DNA from: a virus | Taxonomy: Duplodnaviria > Caudoviricetes | Length of the DNA stretch: 51,759 nucleotides | Strand: one strand, 5' to 3' | IMG/VR virus record: IMGVR_UViG_3300020045_006775 | Location: 1-51,759 of that record | Shown here: one piece after another, positions 1 through 8,813 of the stretch | Position numbering within the stretch: position 1 is the stretch's first letter | Layout: every line of letters begins with the position of its first letter | Notes under the pieces: model-generated | Seen by the model: the letters and a program-made list of their open reading frames with translations, nothing else | The model's database searches: none | What the model was told of the DNA's origin: nothing | Program-made: the position numbers and the translations under genes

Positions 1-90
1 CGGGTCAAAAGGTGAGTAGTCATTTTGGACTTTAAAGTGGAGTTAAGGAGTACCCATGCTAACCGGGTTTTCGGCTGCATGGGAAATTTA

Positions 91-109
91 TTTCAACTGA
101 TTGGTGAAA
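91..109. promoter_or_regulatory. Operator-like dyad TTTCAAC-TGATT-GGTGAAA
   Basis: Matches the recurrent CAAC-N5-GTTG box; part of a 29-bp segment repeated at 1787-1815. Confidence 0.6.
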
Positions 110-119
110 ATGCAACAGA

Positions 120-326
120 TTAGGTGTTGTCAGCGGCAGGTTCGCTTTTGATCACCAGAAAAAGGGCGACAGCTTGAAAAATAAGCCAGCCCCAGCTTGC
201 CTGAGGGTGGTTGGTGAGGATCAGGCCGATATTCACGTCAAGCGGGAAGCAGGATGCCAGTACAGAGAATTTCCAGAATCCCCGTGAGATGTCACATTGG
301 GATTTTGGTGTGGCGGGTTTTGACAT
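120..326 (-). CDS. Small putative membrane protein
   Basis: 68-aa ORF co-oriented directly downstream of 346..702, with two hydrophobic stretches; no clear RBS. Confidence 0.4.
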   Translation of the reverse strand: MSKPATPKSQCDISRGFWKFSVLASCFPLDVNIGLILTNHPQASWGWLIFQAVALFLVIKSEPAADNT

Positions 327-345
327 AGGGAGCTTTGAAGTGAAG

Positions 346-702
346 TTAGGCGTTGTTGGATGCGCGCCAGGCTTGAAGGTGCATTCCGACAGTTACAACG
401 CCGCGAGATTTAAACTCCCCGTTAGCAACGAAGTTACCCTCAGCGATTTGGTCTTTAGTCGGTGTCAGCCGACCAGCTCGCCTGTACATGTAGCCCTTAT
501 CGACAAGGAATTTGCTAAAAACACGCTCGGACACTCGGAAAAGCTTTGCAGTAAGCCTAAAGCACTGAGTTCCGGGGGCTTCCCTGAGCGCATTGACAAT
601 TGCAACCTTTTCGTTAGAAATCTTGAGCTTTTCTTCAAGCTCTGCGTTTTTGAGGATGAGATCGGCGAGGATGGGGTTTGTGAAAGTTGTAGGTGTGGTC
701 AT
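346..702 (-). CDS. Antirepressor KilA-C (ANT) domain protein
   Basis: Short coiled coil followed by 'GTQCFRLTAKLFRVSERVFSKFLVDKGYMYR..LTP....EGNF', the pattern of phage antirepressor C-terminal domains. Confidence 0.7.
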   Translation of the reverse strand: MTTPTTFTNPILADLILKNAELEEKLKISNEKVAIVNALREAPGTQCFRLTAKLFRVSERVFSKFLVDKGYMYRRAGRLTPTKDQIAEGNFVANGEFKSRGVVTVGMHLQAWRASNNA

Positions 703-805
703 TTGGAATAGACGTGCAGTTGAAGAAGACCTAATGGTAGTGCAGAAGGTGCGAAAAACTTTGATTTAATGTGTTACGCTTTGTAAAAGTTCATCAGATG
801 GCAAT

Positions 806-827
806 AAAAAACCCGCTCAAGGCGGGT
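806..827 (-). terminator. Rho-independent terminator after KilA-N gene
   Basis: ACCCGC-loop-GCGGGT hairpin with a U-tract on the minus strand. Confidence 0.75.
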
Positions 828-848
828 CTGTGGACAGTTAGCTGGGTT

Positions 849-1721
849 TTATCCGATCAAGTCCTCATCATCGATCCCCTGTGCTGAGGCTCCCACAACA
901 AGCTTCAGCTTGGTCTTTGCTTTACGCGCAAGCAGCGATGTCAGTTGCTTGCGGGCAAGTTCATTGAGCATTACAACACGTTCATTTTTCGGCATGTGCT
1001 GTTGTATCAACAAAGCGTTCTGGCTTTCGAGACTTGACAGCACAATCAGTTGTTCAATTGTTGCGGCATCTCGGATGTTGCCGATTGAATTAGGGTTTTT
1101 CATCCCCCACTCTTTCGCCGTGACCCCAAAAAGAGCCTTGTTAAGTACATCTGCCTCTGCGGCATAGATGTAGGACGATTGCGCGGCACTAATGTCAGGC
1201 GGGATCAGATTTTCTTTGATTGCATCAGTTTGAACCCTGTACTTATCTTTCGACAGCATCCGGTGCATGTATTTTTGGGGGTCACCAGCCTCTGTTGCCT
1301 CCAGGGCTTTCAGACGTTGAAATTCCTTGATCATGTAGAGTTTGAACTCCGGGCTGATCCACGACCCGAACTCAAAGGCTATGTCCTTATGGGCGAAGGT
1401 TCCGCCGCCGTAGCGTCCTGATTTGGCCATAAGACCAATTCCGCCTGTGCGCTCCACCCACTGCTTTGCGGACATTACAAACCTGCTCAGCCCTGCATCA
1501 TTTTTAACATGGTGGAATTCCACCATGTTAAAACTCGGGTTGTTTAGTTGCTCCCAAACCCCTAAGAAACCGATGGTGGTCTTGTTCTGGAGCCAGTTCT
1601 TGATGAGCTGGTCGGAACCAGCAAAACCAGTAGTCATATCCGTGAGGCTGATGTAATCCTCATCAGCCTTTGTGGTTAGGTGAACCTCGACACCCTGCAC
1701 AACCATAATTTTTGTAGCCAT
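849..1721 (-). CDS. KilA-N domain DNA-binding protein
   Basis: 'DYISLTDM...IKNWLQNKTTIGFLGVWEQLNNPSF...GRYGGGTFAHKDIAFEFGSWISPEFKLY' is typical of KilA-N; start moved to ATG 1721, which has an AGGA RBS. Confidence 0.9.
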   Translation of the reverse strand: MATKIMVVQGVEVHLTTKADEDYISLTDMTTGFAGSDQLIKNWLQNKTTIGFLGVWEQLNNPSFNMVEFHHVKNDAGLSRFVMSAKQWVERTGGIGLMAKSGRYGGGTFAHKDIAFEFGSWISPEFKLYMIKEFQRLKALEATEAGDPQKYMHRMLSKDKYRVQTDAIKENLIPPDISAAQSSYIYAAEADVLNKALFGVTAKEWGMKNPNSIGNIRDAATIEQLIVLSSLESQNALLIQQHMPKNERVVMLNELARKQLTSLLARKAKTKLKLVVGASAQGIDDEDLIG

Positions 1722-1786
1722 ATATTTCCTGTAAAAGTTGAAGAAGCCCAAAGTTTAGCTGGATTTCGGGCATCCGCTGAACTATT

Positions 1787-1805
1787 TTTCAACTGTTTGG
1801 TGAAA
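1787..1805. promoter_or_regulatory. Operator-like dyad between the divergent KilA-N and spanin genes
   Basis: TTTCAAC-TGTTT-GGTGAAA. Confidence 0.6.
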
Positions 1806-1829
1806 ATGCAACAGAAAGCCCGAATTCCC

Positions 1830-2183
1830 ATGAAAACAATCATCACAATCGCCGCCACGCTGGCATTCCTGCTGGGGCTGGTGGGCTTTCTGTTGATCGG
1901 ACAGATCGAAGCTACCCAGACGGCACGAAACGCGGCCCAGGGCTGGCAGGACGCGGCGGCGGATGCTCTGCGCCAGGTTGATGCTGCCCGTGGCCGGGAA
2001 AGGGCGCTGGACGCGGCTGTCGGCGCGCTTGAGGGCAGTCGGATAGTCCGGGAGCAGGAAGCCTTGGAACGTGATGCCCGGATCGCCGCGCTGTCTGTCC
2101 CAGTCCCAGCGGCAGAGGCTTCGCCCGCGTGTCTCGATCAGCCGGTGCCGCACGAACTTGGGGGACTTCTCAATGCCCGGTAA
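1830..2183 (+). CDS. Inner-membrane spanin (Rz-like)
   Basis: N-terminal TM helix (MKTIITIAATLAFLLGLVGFLLIG), Ala-rich coiled coil, C-terminal 'CLDQPVP'; overlaps a downstream lipoprotein gene. Confidence 0.75.
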   Translation: MKTIITIAATLAFLLGLVGFLLIGQIEATQTARNAAQGWQDAAADALRQVDAARGRERALDAAVGALEGSRIVREQEALERDARIAALSVPVPAAEASPACLDQPVPHELGGLLNAR

Positions 2184-2439
2184 CCTCGCCAGGATTTTTG
2201 CCGCGCTGACCCTGATAACGCTGGGTGCATGTTCGTCAGCCCCGGTAACCGTCACGCGTTCGGTTTACGTGAGCATCCCGGAATCCCTGCTGGCCAGATG
2301 CCGGGTGCCACGGTGGTCGGATGGGACATTTCGGGATTTGGCGAGGCTTGCGGTTTCGCGGGAGCGGGCGTTACTCGATTGCAATGACCAGATCGAGGCG
2401 GTGAAAGCCTATCAGAAGGCGATATTGGCAGAAAACTAA
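2173..2439 (+). CDS. Outer-membrane spanin lipoprotein (Rz1-like)
   Basis: Signal peptide with lipobox LGA-C, then 'IPESLLARC..P...ALLDCNDQIEAV'. Confidence 0.8.
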   Translation: MPGNLARIFAALTLITLGACSSAPVTVTRSVYVSIPESLLARCRVPRWSDGTFRDLARLAVSRERALLDCNDQIEAVKAYQKAILAEN

Positions 2440-2482
2440 GCATTGGCGGGGTTATGGGGATTCCCATAACTGAGTTGGGTAT

Positions 2483-2811
2483 CAATTTCATGGGCAAAAC
2501 CCCAATTTCATGGCTAACCCACCAATTTCATGCCTGAAAAAACCAATTTCATGGGCAAAAAAACCAAGTAATGCCCGAAGTTTTTAACCCCTCACCATGA
2601 AATAGGGTGTTTTTTTACCAAGTCGCACCCATTGGAAAAAACGTTTTAGGTTGGAAGGTTCCTACTAAAAACGTTTTTCTCACGTATAGCTACTTGGTTT
2701 TAAAACACCCTATTTCATGGTAAGGGGTCTGAATCAAAGCAGCTGCTTGGTTTTTTTGCCCATGAAATTGGTTTTTTTGCCCATGAAATTGGGGTTTTGC
2801 CCATGAAATTG
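2483..2811. repeat. Large imperfect palindrome of inverted iterons; candidate replication origin
   Basis: 4 x CAATTTCATG at 20-21-bp period on the left, 3 inverted copies on the right, and a perfect inner 20-bp IR at 2594-2613/2702-2721; non-coding and adjacent to the primase-helicase. Confidence 0.85.
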
Positions 2812-2902
2812 AGAAACTAAGCAGCTGCTTGGTTTTTTGCACATCGGCCCGGATAGGTGCTTTTTTCGATCATTTTTCGATCATTTTTCACCATTTACAA
2901 CG

Positions 2903-2923
2903 AAAAAACCCGCCGAAGCGGGT
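2903..2923 (-). terminator. Rho-independent terminator after primase-helicase
   Basis: Minus strand reads ACCCGCTTCGGCGGGTTTTTT. Confidence 0.8.
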
Positions 2924-2951
2924 GTGTTGCGGAAACCGACAGTGGGAAAAA

Positions 2952-5678
2952 TCAGACCAGATCGTCCCCTGCAACCTCAAACGGGTCAGCTGGCAAATTG
3001 ATCTTGAGCCCCCGGAACCAGAGCGCCCCGCCCCGCATCTGCCGCGAAACACCCTTTGCCGTGGCAATCTCATCGTAGAACGTATGCCTGCCCATCTTGA
3101 GCCCTGCGTTTTCTTCCTGAACCCATCCCTGGAATTCGTCCCACAATTGTTTTGCGGAAACCCGATCAGACGCCACCCCGGTAACAGTAAGCCTCTCAGT
3201 CAGGAATCCTGCCAGGGTGTTGCGCTTACCCTTCCAGACATCAAGCGCCTCTTTACACGATTCAGACTGCTTGAAGCACCCGCGTTTCAAAACCCGTTCC
3301 CAGCCCGCGATCAGGTGATTCAGAATTCCGGCAAGTTCTTTGTCGCGGATTCTCCCCTGCAGCGTGTGGTCGGTTTCCTCATCCGAGATTGTGTTTTTGA
3401 ACCAAAAAATCTGAGCCCGGCGAGTCATGCCATAGCTGTTGTCAACGGTCTTAGGCCAGCTATTCGTCAAGATGAGCGGCACAGCCCTGGAAATAAAATT
3501 CACTTCACCCGCAAATTTGGGGTTGGCCGTCATGCCCTTTTCCTCTGACAGCTTTTTGAGCATGCCGTCAGGGAGCATCGCGCCTTTTTCAAAATCGTCG
3601 TCAACAAGCAACATTTTTCCGATCAGCCCGGCTTCCATGTGTGCATTTCCACTGGTGCCCAATTTAGACAGTTCTTTTCGGACAATCGCGTCTTCACCCA
3701 TAATCGATTGCAGCGTTGACGAAATCATTGACTTACCGTTCGATCCTGAGCCGTAAAACATTACCCATGTAGCCAATGAGCGTTTTGTCTGCAGGATGTA
3801 GCCCATGACTTCGTAGAGGTGGCGGATCGTTTCTTCTGAGTCTTTCGCACCGCCCAGCAATTTTGCAATGGCCCTATCCCACAACGGGCACGTTGCATCC
3901 GGGTCATATTCCGTGGAGAACTGGCACGTTAGGCGACTTTCGGGGTTGTGGTCACGAAACTCTGTGCGAACCTTGAACTGGCCGTCAGCTCCGCGATCAT
4001 GCCCAGCGGTGAACACAAGCTCGCCATTCGTGCAATTCATGATCGACTCTTTGGCATGTGATGCAAGGCGCATAGGGTCTTTGACGCCGCCCTCTGCAAG
4101 CTTCTTTCCGAGGATTCCGCAGATTGCATTGCTGAGAGCGTTAAGCGTGTCGTTGCGGCCTGAATCTTTCAGGGCTGCAGCTAATTGCGGGTTGTCAGTA
4201 CCCTGGGCGATCTGGCCAATGATTTTGCAGATCACACCGCCAATTGTTTCGTCACTGATGACTGACCAGACGCCAGAGCGGAAATGCCAGAATTGTTTTG
4301 CATGGCGAAGCAGATGCTTACCGCCTTTGTAGCGGACCCGAAGAGTTTCCTCAGCAATCCAGTCTTCGAGGCTGACCATCGCCCGAGCCTGGTTCGATCC
4401 ATCAAGTTCCGACTTTTCGGCTTTGATGGATTTTTTGATCACACCTTTGCTGAGCTTGGCACCGTTTGGGCCACCGAATGCCATCAACAGCGGCATTACC
4501 GATTCCATCTCAATTTCAGTCAGGTCGTAACCCGCGACAACAGTGATCGCCTCAGTAATATTTTTGCAGCCTTTCAGCTTTTCGGAGCATTGCGTGAACG
4601 CGCCGCCTGAAACTTTGCCAAGTTTGATGATGCTGGCCATCGTTTTTGACAGCCCGCCCCGGCCTAATGCGAACGAAGTCCATGCGCTATCAAGGTCACC
4701 CTGGTTGAACAGTTCCGAGCGCTTTGAAAACTCTTCCCAGATCGCTTTACCATCATCTTTGCCGTCGAATTCGTGGTGAAGGGCCATGCCGACTTCAATC
4801 CACTTCGGCCTAGACCCCTTTGCGTTGCAATATTCTTCAAAGTCCAGCGCCATGACTGCATCACGGGCTTTTTCGACGCTCAGGCCCACTGGGGGCTGGC
4901 GAACAGCGTTAAGCAGGAAATCGCTGTCCTCATCCTCGCTTTGCGTGACAACCGAGCGCTCAGCAATGGTTATATCGACAGCTTCTGAAACCATGCCGCA
5001 GAATCGGCCAAGGCGCACAGCCACCGGGTCAGCAATACCGTCGAAAACCGGGCTGGCTGTGTAGTGGACGCGAACGCGCCCGAACATTGATGAATCGAGC
5101 AGACTGGCTTTGTTATCGTGCAGCAGGGCATCCGCCCATGACTTGATAGACTCTTTCGCCACTGGCGTTTCGAGCCAAAACCAGACGTGTACGCGAAGCC
5201 CCTTTTTGCCGGGCATGCCAGCACTTGAGGACAACTGCCACACGTAATCCACACCCCAGAACGAGCGTGGCAGGTAGAGCGTAATCCACTCATTCACGGC
5301 GTTTTCAACGTCACGCACAGGGTCAAATGAGCCCAGTTCCCATGAGTCGATGTCGAGGCAGATCAGGTTCTGCTTGGCGTCCTGGAACGCCTCACGAACC
5401 CGGCGAACCCGCTGCAGTTCCTGGTGATAAACAGGTTCGTCTTTGTGTTTTGCACGGATAGCGATGTATTCACCGGCAAATTTGTCGATCAGCAGCGCTT
5501 TATTCGGTTGTTTGCTGAGTTCCCCCAGCAGTTCTTCAACATCATCGAGAGAGTGGACTTGCCTCTCTGAGAATTCAAACCATTTTGCTGATCCGTAGCT
5601 TTCCGTTCCTGTGGTTGTGTGTTTTTTGGTCAGCAGAATGCCATCTGCGCTCTGGAGAACGGTCAAGTAAGTCGTCAT
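2952..5678 (-). CDS. Primase-helicase (AEP-like primase, PriCT-2, D5/P4-type SF3 helicase)
   Basis: 'ICLDID' and 'RVHVWFWL' primase motifs; PriCT-like 'KWIEVGMALHHEF..WEEFSK'; Walker A 'GSGSNGKS', Walker B 'LLVDDD', motif C 'LILTN'. Confidence 0.9.
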   Translation of the reverse strand: MTTYLTVLQSADGILLTKKHTTTGTESYGSAKWFEFSERQVHSLDDVEELLGELSKQPNKALLIDKFAGEYIAIRAKHKDEPVYHQELQRVRRVREAFQDAKQNLICLDIDSWELGSFDPVRDVENAVNEWITLYLPRSFWGVDYVWQLSSSAGMPGKKGLRVHVWFWLETPVAKESIKSWADALLHDNKASLLDSSMFGRVRVHYTASPVFDGIADPVAVRLGRFCGMVSEAVDITIAERSVVTQSEDEDSDFLLNAVRQPPVGLSVEKARDAVMALDFEEYCNAKGSRPKWIEVGMALHHEFDGKDDGKAIWEEFSKRSELFNQGDLDSAWTSFALGRGGLSKTMASIIKLGKVSGGAFTQCSEKLKGCKNITEAITVVAGYDLTEIEMESVMPLLMAFGGPNGAKLSKGVIKKSIKAEKSELDGSNQARAMVSLEDWIAEETLRVRYKGGKHLLRHAKQFWHFRSGVWSVISDETIGGVICKIIGQIAQGTDNPQLAAALKDSGRNDTLNALSNAICGILGKKLAEGGVKDPMRLASHAKESIMNCTNGELVFTAGHDRGADGQFKVRTEFRDHNPESRLTCQFSTEYDPDATCPLWDRAIAKLLGGAKDSEETIRHLYEVMGYILQTKRSLATWVMFYGSGSNGKSMISSTLQSIMGEDAIVRKELSKLGTSGNAHMEAGLIGKMLLVDDDFEKGAMLPDGMLKKLSEEKGMTANPKFAGEVNFISRAVPLILTNSWPKTVDNSYGMTRRAQIFWFKNTISDEETDHTLQGRIRDKELAGILNHLIAGWERVLKRGCFKQSESCKEALDVWKGKRNTLAGFLTERLTVTGVASDRVSAKQLWDEFQGWVQEENAGLKMGRHTFYDEIATAKGVSRQMRGGALWFRGLKINLPADPFEVAGDDLV

Positions 5679-5725
5679 ATAGTGCCTAAAAAATGAATTT
5701 AAAATTTGGTTGGAAAGGGTGCCAA

Positions 5726-6010
5726 TTACGCCCCGATAACGAACGGCAGAACACGGTCAAGGGTGATGCGACCCTCGGACACATCGACCAGCTGACGGGC
5801 GCGGTTGGCAGGAACACGGCCAGTTTCGATCCAACGGTACACTGCCCAATTGGACAGCTTCATAGCCTCGGACAGAATGACGATGCTGACAGCGCCCTCT
5901 GCGTTTGGTGGGCAGGCGTCAAGCAGCATGGCTTGGAGCGGGCCACGGTCGGTAAGGCGGCGGACGCAAGTTGCAGAGGCGTGAGTGGGGTGCGGTGGGA
6001 GATTTGACAT
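5726..6010 (-). CDS. Cro-like HTH regulator
   Basis: 'LSEAMKLSNWAVYRWIETGRVPANRARQLV' HTH; lies upstream of the primase, divergent from the replication operon. Confidence 0.7.
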   Translation of the reverse strand: MSNLPPHPTHASATCVRRLTDRGPLQAMLLDACPPNAEGAVSIVILSEAMKLSNWAVYRWIETGRVPANRARQLVDVSEGRITLDRVLPFVIGA

Positions 6011-6109
6011 TTGGGGATTCCAAAAAGTTTAAGGAGCGCCAATTGTACATCTCAAAAAGCCCGTGCGGCAAGACAATCCAAAATATATTTTTGATGTTTT
6101 TTTGCAAAA

Positions 6110-6128
6110 ATCCAACAGGGGGTTGTTT
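6110..6128. promoter_or_regulatory. Operator-like dyad in the divergent replication promoter region
   Basis: CAAC-AGGGG-GTTG. Confidence 0.55.
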
Positions 6129-6208
6129 TTCTATCGGTTTTTGTGGTCTAATTTGGGCTCAAGTGGTGTTGGACCACAAAAAACCCTGAAATCAACTTTG
6201 GAAACACT

Positions 6209-7474
6209 ATGTCTATTGAACTGGCCCTCGCAAACCACGCTGCAGCACTGAACAACAACGCTGCTGCCATGAACAACCACGCTGCAGCACTTATCCGCGC
6301 CGCTGAACTGATGGCGTACTCGACTGGCACGAACTTCACTGCCACCGTTGGCACGATCATTCAGGGCGCGGTGCTGCCAGAATCGGTTGCAGCTCCTGCC
6401 GCCCCTGCCCAGAGCGATACTGCCGCCCAAGAGCTGCAGCAGCTCGCCGCGATCACTGACGCCACCCTGGCAGAAATTGACGCTCAGATCGCCGCTCGCC
6501 AAGCCCAATCCAAGGCCCGCCAGCAAGAGGTGGAAGACGCCGAAATCGAGGCTGAAGAGGCTGCAGAAGCCGCCGCCAAGCTCGCCGCTGAACAAGCCGC
6601 TGCCAGTGCCGCCGCTGAACAACGCGCCCTTGAACAAGCCGCTGCAGAACAGCTCGCCGCCGAACACGCTGCTGCAGAGAAAGCTGCCAAGGCCGAACGC
6701 GCCGCTGCCCGCAAGGCCGCAAAGCTCGCCACCGAACAGAAGCTGGCCGAACTGGAAGCTGCTACCGCCAAGCTCGCCGCTGAACAAGCTGCTGAGGCAG
6801 AAGCCGCCGCAATCGCCGCTGCCTACAAATCATCTACTGACGCCGCCGAACAACTCTCGGCTCAAGCGGCGCTGAATGTGATCGCAGCATACGAATCCGC
6901 TGCAGAGGATGATGATCAGTTTTCCGACATCGCTGCCCCAGCCCCGGTTTACCCCACAGCCGACGCCCTGGTTGACGTGTTCCGCCCATTCATCGACAAA
7001 GCCAACCCTGACTCCGCCGCCAACAAGGTGTTTGTCCGGGCGATCCTGACGCAATTGTCTGCTGAACGTATCAGCGCAATCGCCCCGGAATCCCGCCAAC
7101 AGGCGCTCGACTGGGTTGCCGCCCGTACTGCCAACCCAGACTTCCTGATCCCCGGAATGGCCCCTGCCGCCGCCCCTGCGCCTGTCGCAAAGCCAGCCCC
7201 TGTAACCCCTGCACCCGTGGTTGCAGAGCCTGCCAAAAAAGCACCGACATCCGTTGATGCAGAACTGCTCCTTAGCGATACGATGTCGCTGTATGTCGAT
7301 CTGCTGGACACTGAAAACCCAAACATGATCGAAAACCGCAAGTTCGTGCGATCCGTGCTGACGGCCCTTGGTGCTGTCCGCATCAACAAAGTGGCACCAG
7401 CCGATCTGCCTCAGGCGATGGCATGGGCAAAGGCCCGCAAGGCTGACCCTACGTTTGAAATCACCACTGCGTAA
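6209..7474 (+). CDS. Ala/Glu-rich coiled-coil protein with duplicated C-terminal helical domain
   Basis: 421-aa ORF with strong codon bias; two similar ~65-aa domains; occupies the usual position upstream of DUF2800 genes. Confidence 0.8.
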   Translation: MSIELALANHAAALNNNAAAMNNHAAALIRAAELMAYSTGTNFTATVGTIIQGAVLPESVAAPAAPAQSDTAAQELQQLAAITDATLAEIDAQIAARQAQSKARQQEVEDAEIEAEEAAEAAAKLAAEQAAASAAAEQRALEQAAAEQLAAEHAAAEKAAKAERAAARKAAKLATEQKLAELEAATAKLAAEQAAEAEAAAIAAAYKSSTDAAEQLSAQAALNVIAAYESAAEDDDQFSDIAAPAPVYPTADALVDVFRPFIDKANPDSAANKVFVRAILTQLSAERISAIAPESRQQALDWVAARTANPDFLIPGMAPAAAPAPVAKPAPVTPAPVVAEPAKKAPTSVDAELLLSDTMSLYVDLLDTENPNMIENRKFVRSVLTALGAVRINKVAPADLPQAMAWAKARKADPTFEITTA

Positions 7475-7487
7475 TCGCCGCTGACCC

Positions 7488-7522
7488 CAACGAAGCCCCT
7501 GTAAAATGGGGTTTCGTCGTTT
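7488..7522 (+). terminator. Putative terminator/attenuator hairpin
   Basis: ACGAAGCCCC...GGGGTTTCGT followed by CGTTT. Confidence 0.5.
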
Positions 7523-7550
7523 CAGAATCCAATTTTCTAAAAGGTTACCT

Positions 7551-8801
7551 GTGTCATCTGCCCACGCCTCAAAGTCCCCCTCAAAAGCCGCAATGTGGAT
7601 GAATTGCGCAAAGGCACTGTCTGCAAACCGGGGTCAAACGGACCTTGGCGACCCGTCAGCCCGCAACCAGGGGTCTGCTCTGCACACGTTCAGAGAACGC
7701 GCCCTGACGGGCAACCTTGACCCGCTGGAGCTGGTTGGAACGATCACCACAATCGAGGGCGACGAATACGAACTGACTGAGGATCAAGCCCTGTCGATGA
7801 CACCGGGCATTGAGGCTATACGGGCGTTCGGTGGTGAGCTGCATGTGGAGCTACGCGTGTCGCTTGAGCCGTGGCTTGGTGAGGATCAGTTTGGGACGCT
7901 GGACACTGGCGTAATCACTGATGAGCTGATCTGCATCCAAGATTACAAGAGCGGGTTTGACCCGGTTAGCCCCGTGGACAATGAACAGTTGCAGTTGTAC
8001 GCCCTGGGTTTTTGGCATGGCATTGCCCGCCATCGCACTAAGGCGACTGAATTTCTGCTGATGATCGACCAGCCAAATAATTACAAAGGTGGGCCGTCAG
8101 AATGGTCAGTTAGCCTTGAAGAGCTGCTGGCGTTCGGTGAGCGCGCACGTGTGGCCGCTGGTGTGGCCGAAGACCCCGATGCTGTTGGTACACCTGGCGT
8201 AAAGACCTGCCGCTGGTGCCTGGCCAAAGCAAAGTGTGGTGAGTTGGCAACATTCGCACTCGATATGATCGGTATTTCTAAAACCGCAATGGACGACGCT
8301 ATGAATGACCTAATCGGTAACAACTGCACACCAAATCTTTCGATTGTTGAAGACCTTACGCCCGAACAACGGGTTTTTATCGTCGATAATGCTGGTCTGG
8401 TTCGGAATTGGCTTGATGCTGTTGCAGCTCAGACCCTGGCAGACGCTATCCACGGCAACCCCACCCCCGGCAAAAAGGCCGTTTTGGGCAAAGCCGGAAA
8501 CCGCAAATGGTCGGATACACAAACTGTTACAGAATATCTTTCTGACAGGTACGCAAAAGAGGATGTTTTCAACATAAAATTGAAAGGACCGGCACAGATT
8601 GAGAAGGTGCTGGGAAAGAAGAATTGGCCTGCACTGATGCCCTTTATTGTGCGCAGTGATCCAAAAGCAATCTTGGTTGACGAAAATGATCCCCGCGACG
8701 GGCTAGCCCCTGTTGCAGACAAGTTCGATGACCTTGAAACCGATGATGGGGCGGCTTCCCCATCTGCAACCGCGATCTTCGTTGAAGACGATTTACTGTA
8801 A
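7551..8801 (+). CDS. DUF2800 / Cas4-like PD-(D/E)XK exonuclease
   Basis: 'SPS.A.MWMNC', 'QGSALH', 'FGTLD...IQDYKSG', 'QLQLYALG', 'CRWC.....C' (four Cys); GTG start assumed. Confidence 0.85.
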   Translation: MSSAHASKSPSKAAMWMNCAKALSANRGQTDLGDPSARNQGSALHTFRERALTGNLDPLELVGTITTIEGDEYELTEDQALSMTPGIEAIRAFGGELHVELRVSLEPWLGEDQFGTLDTGVITDELICIQDYKSGFDPVSPVDNEQLQLYALGFWHGIARHRTKATEFLLMIDQPNNYKGGPSEWSVSLEELLAFGERARVAAGVAEDPDAVGTPGVKTCRWCLAKAKCGELATFALDMIGISKTAMDDAMNDLIGNNCTPNLSIVEDLTPEQRVFIVDNAGLVRNWLDAVAAQTLADAIHGNPTPGKKAVLGKAGNRKWSDTQTVTEYLSDRYAKEDVFNIKLKGPAQIEKVLGKKNWPALMPFIVRSDPKAILVDENDPRDGLAPVADKFDDLETDDGAASPSATAIFVEDDLL

Positions 8802-8813
8802 AGCGAGAAAATC

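Noticed and set aside
1-23. Circular closure of the window, or terminal repeat with CGGGTCAAAA at 48845-48854 (minus strand)
   Set aside because: Joining the ends puts a stop codon in the frame starting at ATG 23, and a 10-bp match is too short to support a terminal repeat.
2483-2811. CRISPR array or mini-array
   Set aside because: Units repeat every 20-21 bp with no unique 25-40-bp spacers and are arranged as inverted arms; no cas operon is present.
6131-6875. Long alternative-frame and antisense ORFs over the Ala-rich gene (also over the tape measure, primase and helicase)
   Set aside because: Explained by GCC/GCT-rich codon bias suppressing stops in shadow frames; no RBS or recognisable motifs.
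7551-8801. Cas4 as evidence of a CRISPR system
   Set aside because: The gene sits in the standard DUF2800-DUF2815-polymerase phage replication block.
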